Shown here: positions 12,189-23,000 of the stretch, in pieces | How the letters are laid out: the number at the start of each line of letters is the position of its first letter | How positions within the stretch are numbered: position 1 is the stretch's first letter | Notes under the pieces: generated by a model | Told to the model about the DNA's origin: nothing | What the model saw: the letters and a program-made list of their open reading frames with translations, nothing else | Database searches by the model: none | Position numbers and translations under genes: made by a program | Origin: Macrostomum hystrix | Taxonomy: Eukaryota; Animalia; Platyhelminthes | Reading direction: 5' to 3' | Length of the DNA stretch: 64,000 nucleotides | Assembly (NCBI GenBank): GCA_950097015.1 | Contig: CATNEN010000002.1 | Coordinates: 4,960,001 to 5,024,000 of the forward strand

Positions 12189-13285
12189 ATGGTCTGCATA
12201 TTTCAGCTGTTGCTAATCAGACCTCGCTTCCTTCGTGTCGCATCGCTCTTGCCGCCCCAGTGCCGCAGCAAGGTCACAGCAGGCAATGTCCGGAGCAGCT
12301 TCGAAATAGTCTATGGCATTCACCCAGTGTGGCAGGCGCTGCTTGCTGGAAAGCGCAGACTGGACCAGATCTACGTCGATAATCGATATCGTTGCCCTGG
12401 CAACGTTTGCTATGGCAATCCTAGCTTAGCTGGCCTGTGCAATCTCTTGGCGGGTCAGTTTGCTCACCTGGTCAGGTACACTGATAGAGATGAGCTGTCA
12501 AGCCTGTGCCACGGTCGGGCGCATCAGGGATTCGCTTTGCAATGCGGCCACTACCCTGTGCCCGTGCTGTCAGCATCCGACACCTGCGGCGACCTGATTG
12601 GCTGCCGACTGTGCGTTCTGGTGGATCAGGTCTGTCTCACTCCAATGTCCGCGTCATGGGATGCAGGGAGTGATGTCATGGGATGCAGGGAGTTATGTCA
12701 TGGGATGCAGGGAGTGATGTCATGGGATGCAGGGAGTGATGTCATGGGATGCAGGGAGTGATCCTTATTCACCTCAATCCAACCCTCCCAACCCAGGTGG
12801 TTGACATTCTGAACTTTGCCAGCCTACTGCGCACCTGTTTATTCTACGGCGCCAGTCCTGTGCTCATACCAGGCACACACACCTGTCCACCTCTGCCAGT
12901 GGTCTCCAAGATCAGCTGCGGCGCTTTGGAAGCCTCCGACCTGCGCGCCCTGCCAGCGGGTAGCGCTGAATTCGTCCGCCAGTGGCGCCAGGCGGGCTGG
13001 CTGGCTCTCGGCAGCTCAGGCTGTGGCGATGTCAGCGTTGATAGCCTTGACAGCTGTCTGAGACATGACGACTCGCCAGTGCTGCTGCTGCTGGGCAGCG
13101 AGAGTGTCGGCCTGGCTGCAGACCTGCTGGGCCTGTGCAGTCACGTGTTGAGAATACCAGCCGCCGGTGCTGCTTGCATGATGCATCTGAATGTTGGCGT
13201 TGCTGGGGGAATCTTGTTGCACCAGATCACTAGGTGGATGCAACCGGCCAGGCTGGAAACTCTACACCGAGTCGGAACTCGTTAG
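12189..13285 (+). CDS. MRM1: SpoU/TrmH-family (SPOUT) rRNA 2'-O-methyltransferase, mitochondrial MRM1-like, 2 exons, ~309 aa
   Basis: Exons 12189-12629 and 12797-13285 join through a phase-0 GT-AG intron. N-terminal substrate-binding motif EIVYGIHPVWQAL...RRL..IY and HQGFAL. SPOUT motifs DQ|VVDILNFASLLRTCLFYG, LLLLGSESVGL and MHLNVGVAGGILLH. The Arg-rich, acid-free N-terminus resembles a mitochondrial presequence. Confidence 0.85.
12652..12760. repeat. 22-bp minisatellite (CATGGGATGCAGGGAGTGATGT) inside the MRM1 intron
   Basis: About 5 copies between the donor at 12630 and the acceptor at 12796. Confidence 0.9.
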
Positions 13286-13384
13286 CATCTTTAATTCGTT
13301 ACTTATGGTGCGTTAAAGTTATGTTCAAGTTAGATAAGCATGTCACCTAAATCAGTTTGGTTAGATGTAATGCAGCTGCTCGAT

Positions 13385-13525
13385 AGGATTGTAGTGAAGT
13401 GCTTAGAGCGTCCCAATTCATGACTTGAAGTTTGGGGGTTCGATTCCTAACTCCACTGGAACATTCTGTGTTCATTAGCAAGACAATTGACTCTGCATTG
13501 CTTCACCACCCAGCCCTTTTGTTTA
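13385..13525 (+). mobile_element. tRNA-derived SINE, family B (CORE-like), degenerate copy
   Basis: GACTTGAAG...GGGGGTTCGATTCC head followed by GTGTTCATTAGCAAGACAATTGACTCTGCATTGCTTCA. Homologous to the reverse complement of 15305-15594. Confidence 0.7.
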
Positions 13526-13534
13526 AGCACTCTC

Positions 13535-13797
13535 CGTGTCATCTCTCTCCTGTCTCATCTATCCCGTCTCATCTCTTACCTGTCTCATCTCTCTCCTGTC
13601 TCATCTCTCTCCTGTCTCATCTCTTACCTGTCTCATCCCTCTCCTGTCTCATCTCTCTCCTGTCGCATCTCTCTCCTGTCTCATCTCTCTCCTGTCTCAT
13701 CTCTCTCCTGTCTCATCTCTCTCCTGTCTCATCTCTCACCTGTCTCATCTATCCCCTGTCTCATCTCTCCCCTGTCTTATCTCTCTCCTGTCTCCTT
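13535..13797. repeat. 16-bp pyrimidine-rich minisatellite (TCATCTCTCTCCTGTC)
   Basis: Period 16 read directly; source of the spurious SLLSCL-type ORFs. Confidence 0.9.
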
Positions 13798-14391
13798 CCC
13801 CAGTCCACGGACTGAATAGTCGTACGCAGCATTCAGATGTGTTGCGCGATAGCTGCGGCTGTGATCGATGGTTATAATTGTTCCGTACCCAATTGTACAG
13901 CTTGGTGAAGTAAAGTACATTCAATAATTGACTTGAATACATCAAAAGTGCTCGTAAATGATAAAAAGTTATGAATCGTTTCTTAATATTCAACTGTAAA
14001 CGCAGTCTTTCAATATCTTATCTGCCATTGATTAAATGGTTTCAAAAGTTTCAATAATGTACTAATTTAACCTTATGAGTCTATTGCAGTTTCACTCAAA
14101 CTTTTTGTTGCATTTCGAAGTGTATTTTTGGCTAAATAAAAATGGCACTTTCTCTCTATAAACTGTTGTTTTTCTTGATTTGGGAATTTCTTAAATACAC
14201 TAGATTTTTATAATGTCATTTAAAACTACTGTAAGTAGTGTAAGTGCATTCAAAGAATTATAACTATAATGAAACTATAAAACAAATTGTACTGTTGCTT
14301 TTCAGATAAAACAGTAAAGAGATTTTGGGACTGCTTTACCCGCTCTAGTGTACTTCTTCAAACATAATTAAAATCTTGAGTACTAAATACT

Positions 14392-17234
14392 ATGGCTGTG
14401 TTCCTAGACGAGGCCAGCAACAACTATTATTACTACAGTCCTGAGACCGAGTCTGTTCCCTTCAAATCTGGCTCCGCCGCCGCCGCGTCATCCGTGGCGT
14501 CATCGTTGGACGACAGCCAGCTATTGCCGCCGGATGCTTTTCAACCGACGACAGGTCGAGCTCATGCCAGCTTCTCCGCAGCCTCATCATCTGGCTACTT
14601 TCCGCCGCCCTTGCCGGCGTCATTCTTGACTTCGTTGACGCCGAATCAGCAACAGCAGCAGCCGCAGCCTGCGAATTGTCGATCTTGTCGCCAGATGGAG
14701 AGGGATTTGGCTCGCCTACGCAGGGATCTGGATCGATTCAGAAAGCAGCAGCAGCAGAAGCCAGATTTCCTAACTGACTGGGATGAGAGCCGCGAGTCAT
14801 TGGCCACCCGAGCGGCTGAACTGGAAGCCGCCAACGAGCGTCTCCGAGCTGACGCCGACCTTCGAGAGCGTCGACTGGAGCTGCAATCCGAGCTGCTGGC
14901 AGAGCCAGTTGGCGGCGATTCCGCGGCCGCCGCCGAGGCTGCAGCTTGGCGACCGCGACTGTACAAGGCGCTGGTGCAAGCGGAGGCTGAGAGATGGGCG
15001 CACGAGCGAGAGCTCCGACAGTTGGTGCGGCACAGGCTTCAGTCTAGGCTCATTGGTCCTCAGTCTAGGCTCATTGGTCCTCAGTCTAGGCTCATTGGTC
15101 CTCAGTCTAGGCTCATTGGTCCTCAGTCTAGGCTCATTGGTCCTCAGTCTAGACTCATTGGTCCTCAGTCTAGACTCATTGGTCCTCATTATAGACTCAT
15201 TGGTCCTCAGTCTAGACTCATTGGTCCTCATTCTAGACTCATTGGTCCTCATTCTAGACTCATTGGTCCTCATTCATTGGTCTAATTAATAATTAATAAT
15301 TGATTACACCTGCCCCAATTGGGTCACATGTGCAGCCGACAGCACAGCCGCAGCTAATGCGCGGCGCATCTGAAGGCTGCGTACAGCTGTTCAGTCCATG
15401 GACTGGGGGACGCCACACCTACCTTCAATTATCCCAGCTGATGCTGGTACCCATTTAACAGCTGGGTGAACTGAAGCAATGCAGAGTTAAGTGTCTTGCT
15501 AAAGGACACACATTTTTCAGTGGAGTCGGGAATCGAACCCCCGACCTTCAAGTCGTGAGTCCGACGCCCTAACCACTAGGCTACAACCTCTGCCTAGACT
15601 AATAGCTATAGTCTAAACTAAATGGTCCTCAGTCTGGGTTTTATCATAAGCGGTTGTGTTTTGGGTGCATTAAATTATAATCTGCTAAAGTAGGCTAGTA
15701 CGTTTATTTTACTATATTTGATAATTTAATTAGGCAGCCGAGGCGGAATCCACAGCGGCCGGACTGCGCAGACGCTGCGAAGAGGCCGAAGCTCGCGCCG
15801 AGGCAGCAGAACGCAAACTCGCCGCCGCCGACAAGCTGGTCGATCGGCTGCAGTCGGACGCGCGTCGATCAACGGAGCGTCGAGCTAAAGAAATCAACGA
15901 CGCTTCGCAGGCGGCCGATTCGGCCAGAACGGCCTTTGAATTGGCAGCCGGGCAGTGGCTGGAGAAGCTGGCGGATATGGACGGCCGGTTAAGCCGCCTT
16001 GCTGAGACCACGGACCTGCTGGCTGCGTCTGAGAAGGTGAAATACCTGAATTATTCACTTACAAATGCCGCTACTGCGGCAGGGGTCATTTTCTCAATTT
16101 GGCCATTGGTCATTGAACTCCACTTTATCTTTCAGTGTATGGCTCATTATGCTCCACTTTGGTCATTCAGGTCATGGCTCATTATGCTCCACTTTGGTCA
16201 TTCAGTTCATGGGTCATTGTGCTCCACTTTGGTCATTCAGTTCATGGGTCATTGTGCTCCACTTTGGTCATTCAGTTCATGGGTCATTATGCTCCACTTT
16301 GGTCATTCAGTTCATGGCTCATTGTGCTCCACTTTGGTCATTCAGGTCATGGCTCATTATGCTCCACTTTGGTCATTCAGTTCATGGGTCATTGTGCTCC
16401 ACTTTGGTCATTCAGTTCATGGGTCATTGTGCTCCACTTTGGTCATTCAGTTCATGGGTCATTATGCTCCACTTTGGTCATTCAGTTCATGGCTCATTGT
16501 GCTCCACTTTGGTCATTCAGGTCATGGCTCATTATGCTCCACTTTGGTCATTCAGTTCATGGGTCATTGTGCTCCACTTTGGTCATTCAGTTCATGGGTC
16601 ATTGTGCTCCACTTTGGTCATTCAGGTCATGGCTCATTATGCTCCACTTTGGTCATTCAGTTCATAGATCATTGTGCTCCACTTTGGTCATACAGTTCAT
16701 TGGGTCATTGTACTTAATGACGCTCAACGGTCATTCAACGCTCGGTCATCACCTCCCCTCATCCCCCAGCTGGCCCAGCTGTCCTCCGTGTCCGACCTCC
16801 GCGCCGCCCTAGACGAGACCCGCTCCGCCCTTGACAATGAGCGTCAGGCCCGCCGTCTCGAAGCTGGTCGCCAGGCCGACGCCCTGGCCGCCGCCGAGCG
16901 CGAGCAGGCGAAGCTGGCAGCCGCACTGTCCCATTCTGAGCGGCGGCTGCAGCGAGAGCGCGAAGCAGCCGAGGCCAGATCGCGTCAGGCGACGGAGGAC
17001 TTCCAGCTGGCCACGGAGCGGCTGCGAGACCGGCTCAGGCTGGTTGAGGGCGAGAGGAACCTGCTGCAGGCTGCAGCTTCGGCCACCGAGCATCAGAACC
17101 GGCTGGCAGTTCAACGGCCACATTCGTCCGCTTCAATGCTGCTGGCAGCTGCCGGCGGTGGCGGCCCTACTGAGGATGCGAAGCTGCGGGATGCTGTACG
17201 AGATCTGCGGCAGATGCTGGCCAACTCCGGCTGA
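14392..17234 (+). CDS. Orphan coiled-coil protein, 3 exons, ~466 aa
   Basis: Exons 14392-15024, 15734-16036 and 16770-17234 are joined by two phase-0 GT-AG introns (TTG|GTGCGG...TAATTAG|GCA; AAG|GTGAAA...CCCCCAG|CTG) and give one uninterrupted frame. Low-complexity S/P/Q N-terminus, then long heptad-rich A/E/R/L helices. GC-rich codon usage like the neighbouring genes. No family recognised. Confidence 0.8.
15038..15282. repeat. 21-bp minisatellite (CTCAGTCTAG[AG]CTCATTGGTC) in intron 1 of the coiled-coil gene
   Basis: About 11 copies; gives the artefactual (SRLIGPQ)n tail of the 297-aa track ORF. Confidence 0.9.
15305..15594 (-). mobile_element. tRNA-derived SINE, family B, near full length, with CORE-like central domain
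   Basis: Reverse complement: head GGTTGTAGCCTAGTGGTTAGGGCGTCGGACTCACGACTTGAAGGTCGGGGGTTCGATTCCC, then GTGTCCTTTAGCAAGACACTTAACTCTGCATTGCTTCAGTTCACCCAGCTGTTAAATGGGTACC, then a tail ending in (ATTATTA)n. Further copies at 13385, 33262 and 62688; tail fragment at ~18195-18235. Confidence 0.8.
16135..16712. repeat. 35-bp minisatellite (TTCAGTTCATGGGTCATTGTGCTCCACTTTGGTCA) in intron 2 of the coiled-coil gene
   Basis: About 16 copies read directly. Confidence 0.9.
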
Positions 17235-17284
17235 CGATGGCCCCTGTCTGTCCCCCTGACAGGTCCTGACCCTTTGATTTGGCC

Positions 17285-17697
17285 CCCTTATCTAGTTCTA
17301 GGTAGAGGTCACTTTGACCCCCTTATCTAGTTCTAGGTAGAGGTCACTTTGACCCCCTTATCTAGTTCTAGGTAGAGGTCACTTTGACCCCCTTATCTAG
17401 TTCTAGGAAGAGATCACTTTGACCCCCTTATCTAGTTCTAGGTAGAGGTCACTTTGACCCCCTTTTAGTTCTAGATAGAGGTCACTTTGACCCCTCTTAT
17501 CTAGCTATAGGTAGAAGTCAGTATGACCCTCCTTATCTAGCTATAGGTAGAAGTCAGTATGACCCTCCTTATCTAGTTATAGGTAGAGGTCAGATGACCC
17601 TCCTTATCTAGCTATAGGTAGAGGTCAGATGACCCTCCTTATCTAGTTATAGGTAGAGGTCAGATGACCCTCCTTATCTAGTTATAGGTAGAGGTGG
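17285..17697. repeat. 35-bp minisatellite (CCCTTATCTAGTTCTAGGTAGAGGTCACTTTGACC) just 3' of the coiled-coil stop
   Basis: About 12 copies with a gradient of unit variants. Confidence 0.9.
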
Positions 17698-19054
17698 AGC
17701 ACCAGGTGCTATTGTATTGCCGACTCGAATTGTAAAGAATTAGCAAATATATCAGAAACTGCGTTATTAGTAAACAAATTCACTTATTTAAAGCAAAGCT
17801 GTGAATAGTATGTACTACTTATAAGTAGCTTACCTTCTCAGTTTGTTAGCAACAATGCATATATACGAGATCATTTTTAACTAGATTCATTATTATTGTC
17901 TCACTCTTTGTTTCGACGCGTGTGTTCAACCTTAATTCCTTGACTTTTTACCCACAAAGTTTCTGGCAAACTTTAAAATTCTCTAAAAAGTACGAATTTG
18001 TTTTTGTTCTGTTTGTTTTGCCTTGAATAGTTTTTATAAAATACAAAAAAATAAACTGATCTGCTATTTACACTTTGGCCACAAATCGGTGCCAAAAAAA
18101 TTGTTCGGCTTGACTTTCGGCTATTAAATCGATCGCAATTCGTCCCGCAGTTGCTATTTTTAGATTTGAGTATTTAAGGTGGGTTTCGCGGCCTTCCCAG
18201 TCAATGGACTGAACAGCTGTACACAGGCTTTGAATGTGTATGTGCCACTGTCCCCCTGGCTGTACATTTGGCGTAACTGGGCTTAACGGAAAACGCGCGA
18301 AATGAAATGTCACCAACTCTACTTACAGTAGGCTGTTGTACGAGAATAAATAGTTTTTATTGTTCGGGCAGGAAATTTAGATAACAATCGCTTACTTTGG
18401 CAGTGATGGAGGAAAGGGTGGTGGAGATTAACGTGAGACGCAGTAGAGGAAAGTGAGATTGAGAAGAGGAGAGAGAGATAGGGGAGAGGAAAGTGAGACA
18501 TGAGAAATATGATAAGATAAAGGTAAATACAATTAAGTTACCTTACGTTTCCCTGAAACGCTCTGACTAACATTTTAGTGTAGGAAAGGGATTTTTTGTC
18601 CTTGGGGATCAATTGGGATCAGCTGTGTATTGTCCCCATGCGCAGACATGACTGATTTCATTCTACCTGTGTGTGTGGCCGAGGCCTAAAGTGGTTAAGT
18701 GGCTCTCTAGGCAATGAAAGCTGGATGCCGCCGTATTTTCGGTTACCTGCCTATTTTCTGTGCAGCACTTTTCTGATCCTGTCTTCTGCTTTTAGCTCAG
18801 TTCTTCCATTCTCATTTCCTACAAACACCCAGGATTTTGCCCAGCAACTGACTGCCCATTGTCTGCAGTTTCTCTCCAAAGAGCCAAATGCAGCTTGTTT
18901 CTGCTATTTTTTGCCCTGGTTATGACGACTGCAGTTTTAACAATTAAGATATGCCGAGTTGCTTTCGAGATTACCATAAAACGTGCGTCTATTTTAGATT
19001 ACAATTTACTAGTGAAGTACAGTACACTGAAGTACAAACTGAATGAAGTACATG

Positions 19055-20040
19055 CATTGGTTATTACACCCACAGGTATTACAGTGCATTGGTTATTACA
19101 CCCACAGGTATTACAGTGCATTAGTTATTACACCCACAGGTATTACAGTGCATTAGTTATTACACCCACAGGTATTACAGTGCATTAGTTATTACACCCA
19201 CAGGTATTACAGTACATTGGTTATTACACCCACAGGTATTACAGTACATTGGTTATTACACCCACAGGTATTACAGTACATTGGTTATTACACCCACTGG
19301 TATTACAGTGCATTTGGTTATTACACCCACAGGTATTACAGTGCATTGGTTATTACACCCACAGGTATTACAGTACATTGGTTATTACACCCACAGGTAT
19401 TACAGTACATTGGTTATTACACCCACTGGTATTACAGTGCATTTGGTTATTACACCCACAGGTATTACAGTGCATTGGTTATTACACCCACAGGTATTAC
19501 AGTGCATTGGTTATTACACCCACTGGTATTACAGTGCATTGGTTATTACACCCACTGGTATTACAGTGCATTGGTTATTACACCCACAGGTATTACAGTG
19601 CATTTGGTTATTACACCCACAGGTATTACAGTGCATTTGGTTATTACACCCACAGGTATTACAGTGCATTTGGTTATTACACCCACAGGTATTACAGTGC
19701 ATTTGGTTATTACACCCACAGGTATTACAGTGCATTGGTTATTACACCCACTGGTATTACAGTGCATTGGTTATTACACCCACAGGTATTACAGTGCATT
19801 TGGTTATTACACCCACAGGTATTACAGTGCATTGGTTATTACACCCACTGGTATTACAGTGCATTGGTTATTACACCCACAGGTATTACAGTGCATTGGT
19901 TATTACACCCACTGGTATTACAGTGCATTGGTTATTACACCCACTGGTATTACAGTGCATTGGTTATTACACCCACAGGTATTACAGTGCATTTGGTTAT
20001 TACACCCACTGGTATTACAGTGCATTTGGTTATTACACCA
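19055..20040. repeat. 32/33-bp minisatellite (TTGGTTATTACACCCAC[AT]GGTATTACAGTGCA[T]); second block at 22062-22687
   Basis: About 30 copies; source of the VITPTGITVH/YYTHRYYSA ORFs. Confidence 0.95.
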
Positions 20041-23000
20041 AATAATATCTTGCACTCGAATAGAAGATTATTGCAACGCATCAATGATTATTGAAACTGC
20101 TTGATACTATCCACAATTTCGCCTACATTTTAATTTAGAAAGTGTTCCAGTTTTTCGACAATTATTTTTGTAACTGCTTCGAAGAAATTTTGATTCCGTC
20201 GCAAGGCTAAAAGTGTTTGGTAATGAGTTTTTTTAAAGCTAATTTGCTTGAAAAAATTATGTTCGGGCATTTGTCATTTCCCACCCCTTCCATCTGTGCG
20301 TGCTAGATTTTAGCTTTAAACTGTAGTTAATTTTTTTCTTAGAAATGCTCGACATTTTATTTATCACGAAACCGATTCAGTAGAAGCGAGTGGAATGCAT
20401 TGTGAAATCAAAAATATAATATTGAGAGGTAAGTGAGTTGAGGAGAGGAAGGTGAGATGGAGGAGAGGAAGGTGAGATGGAGGAGAGGAAGGTGAGATGA
20501 AGGAGAGGAAGGTGAGATGGAGGAGAGGAAGGTGAGATGGAGGAGAGGAAGGTGAGATGGAGGAGAGGAAGGTGAGATGAAGGAGAGGAAGGTGAGATGG
20601 AGGAGAGGAAGGTGAGATGGAGGAGAGGAAGGTGAGATGGAGGAGAGGAAGGTGAGATGGAGGAGAGGAAGGTGAGATGGAGGAGAGGAAGGTGAGATGG
20701 AGGAGAGGAAGGTGAGATGGAGGAGAGGAAGTTGAGATGAAGGAGAGGAAGGTGAGATGGAGGAGAGGAAGGTGAGATGGAGGAGAGGAAGGTGAGATGG
20801 AGGAGAGGAAGGTGAGATGGAGGAGAGGAAGGTGAGATGGAGGAGAGGAAGGTGAGATGGAGGAGAGGAAGGTGAGATGGAGGAGAGGAAGGTGAGATGG
20901 AGGAGAGGAAGGTGAGATGGAGGAGAGGAAGGTGAGATGGAGGAGAGGAAGGTGAGATGGAGGAGAGGAAGGTGAGATGGAGGAGAGGAAGGTGAGATGG
21001 AGGAGAGGAAGGTGAGATGAAGGAGAGGAAGGTGAGATGGAGGAGAGGAAGGTGAGATGGAGGAGAGGAAGTTGAGATGAAGGAGAGGAAGGTGAGATGG
21101 AGGAGAGGAAGGTGAGATGGAGGAGAGGAAGGTGAGATGGAGGAGAGGAAGGTGAGATGGAGGAGAGGAAGGTGAGATGAAGGAGAGGAAGGTGAGATGG
21201 AGGAGAGGAAGGTGAGATGGAGGAGAGGAAGGTGAGATGGAGGAGAGGAAGGTGAGATGGAGGAGAGGAAGTTGAGATGAAGGAGAGGAAGGTGAGATGG
21301 AGGAGAGGAAGGTGAGATGGAGGAGAGGAAGGTGAGATGGAGGAGAGGAAGGTGAGATGAAGGAGAGGAAGTTGAGATGAAGGAGAGGAAGGTGAGATGG
21401 AGGAGAGGAAGGTGAGATGGAGGAGAGGAAGGTGAGATGGAGGAGAGGAAGGTGAGATGGAGGAGAGGAAGGTGAGATGGAGGAGAGGAAGGTGAGATGG
21501 AGGAGAGGAAGGTGAGATGGAGGAGAGGAAGGTGAGATGGAGGAGAGGAAGGTGAGATGGAGGAGAGGAAGGTGAGATGGAGGAGAGGAAGGTGAGATGA
21601 AGGAGAGGAAGGTGAGATGGAGGAGAGGAAGGTGAGATGGAGGAGAGGAAGGTGAGACATACAGGCTTCAGAAGAAATTTAGAGAATAAATTCATCTCTA
21701 AAGTAAAAAAAATTGTTAGACAAAGCCGTATTAACAAAACGGAACAGATCTAGTCTTACAAATGAGAGTTGGCGTGGAGTTGTCTCTTGCACATCTGCAT
21801 TCATGGCTCCTTTGCCCATCCCATCGTATTTGCGGATTGAAGATAATTAACTTTTTTACAGCATTAGCTGAAGCTAGCGCTTGTTGCTTCTAGAAACAGA
21901 TAAGCAATTTCTTTATTTTAACTGTGAACATTTTTTATTGGCCAGTTCAGACACTGGATGCGGCAGACGTAGGCAATGATTAGGCAATCTTGTTTTATGA
22001 CGCAGCTGAAAAATATTCGGCTTCTTGTGTATTTGTCTGCCTACCTGTTGCAGCAAGGTGTTATTACACCCACTGGTATTACAGTGCATTTGGTTATTAC
22101 ACCCACAGGTATTACAGTGCATTGGTTATTACACCCACAGGTATTACAGTGCATTGGTTATTACACCCACTGGTATTACAGTGCATTGGTTATTACACCC
22201 ACTGGTATTACAGTGCATTGGTTATTACACCCACAGGTATTACAGTGCATTTGGTTATTACACCCACAGGTATTACAGTGCATTTGGTTATTACACCCAC
22301 AGGTATTACAGTGCATTTGGTTATTACACCCACAGGTATTACAGTGCATTTGGTTATTACACCCACAGGTATTACAGTGCATTGGTTATTACACCCACTG
22401 GTATTACAGTGCATTGGTTATTACACCCACAGGTATTACAGTGCATTTGGTTATTACACCCACAGGTATTACAGTGCATTGGTTATTACACCCACTGGTA
22501 TTACAGTGCATTGGTTATTACACCCACAGGTATTACAGTGCATTGGTTATTACACCCACTGGTATTACAGTGCATTGGTTATTACACCCACTGGTATTAC
22601 AGTGCATTGGTTATTACACCCACAGGTATTACAGTGCATTTGGTTATTACACCCACTGGTATTACAGTGCATTTGGTTATTACACCAAATAATATCTTGC
22701 ACTCGAATAGAAGATTATTGCAACGCATCAATGATTATTGAAACTGCTTGATACTATCCACAATTTCGCCTACATTTTAATTTAGAAAGTGTTCCAGTTT
22801 TTCGACAATTATTTTTGTAACTGCTTCGAAGAAATTTTGATTCCGTCGCAAGGCTAAAAGTGTTTGGTAATGAGTTTTTTTAAAGCTAATTTGCTTGAAA
22901 AAATTATGTTCGGGCATTTGTCATTTCCCACCCCTTCCATCTGTGCGTGCTAGATTTTAGCTTTAAACTGTAGTTAATTTTTTTCTTAGAAATGCTCGAC

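Noticed and set aside
15025-15285. (SRLIGPQ)n C-terminus of the 297-aa ORF, and the similar tail of the 12027 ORF
   Set aside because: Read-through past GT donors into intronic arrays; the spliced models give better continuous proteins.
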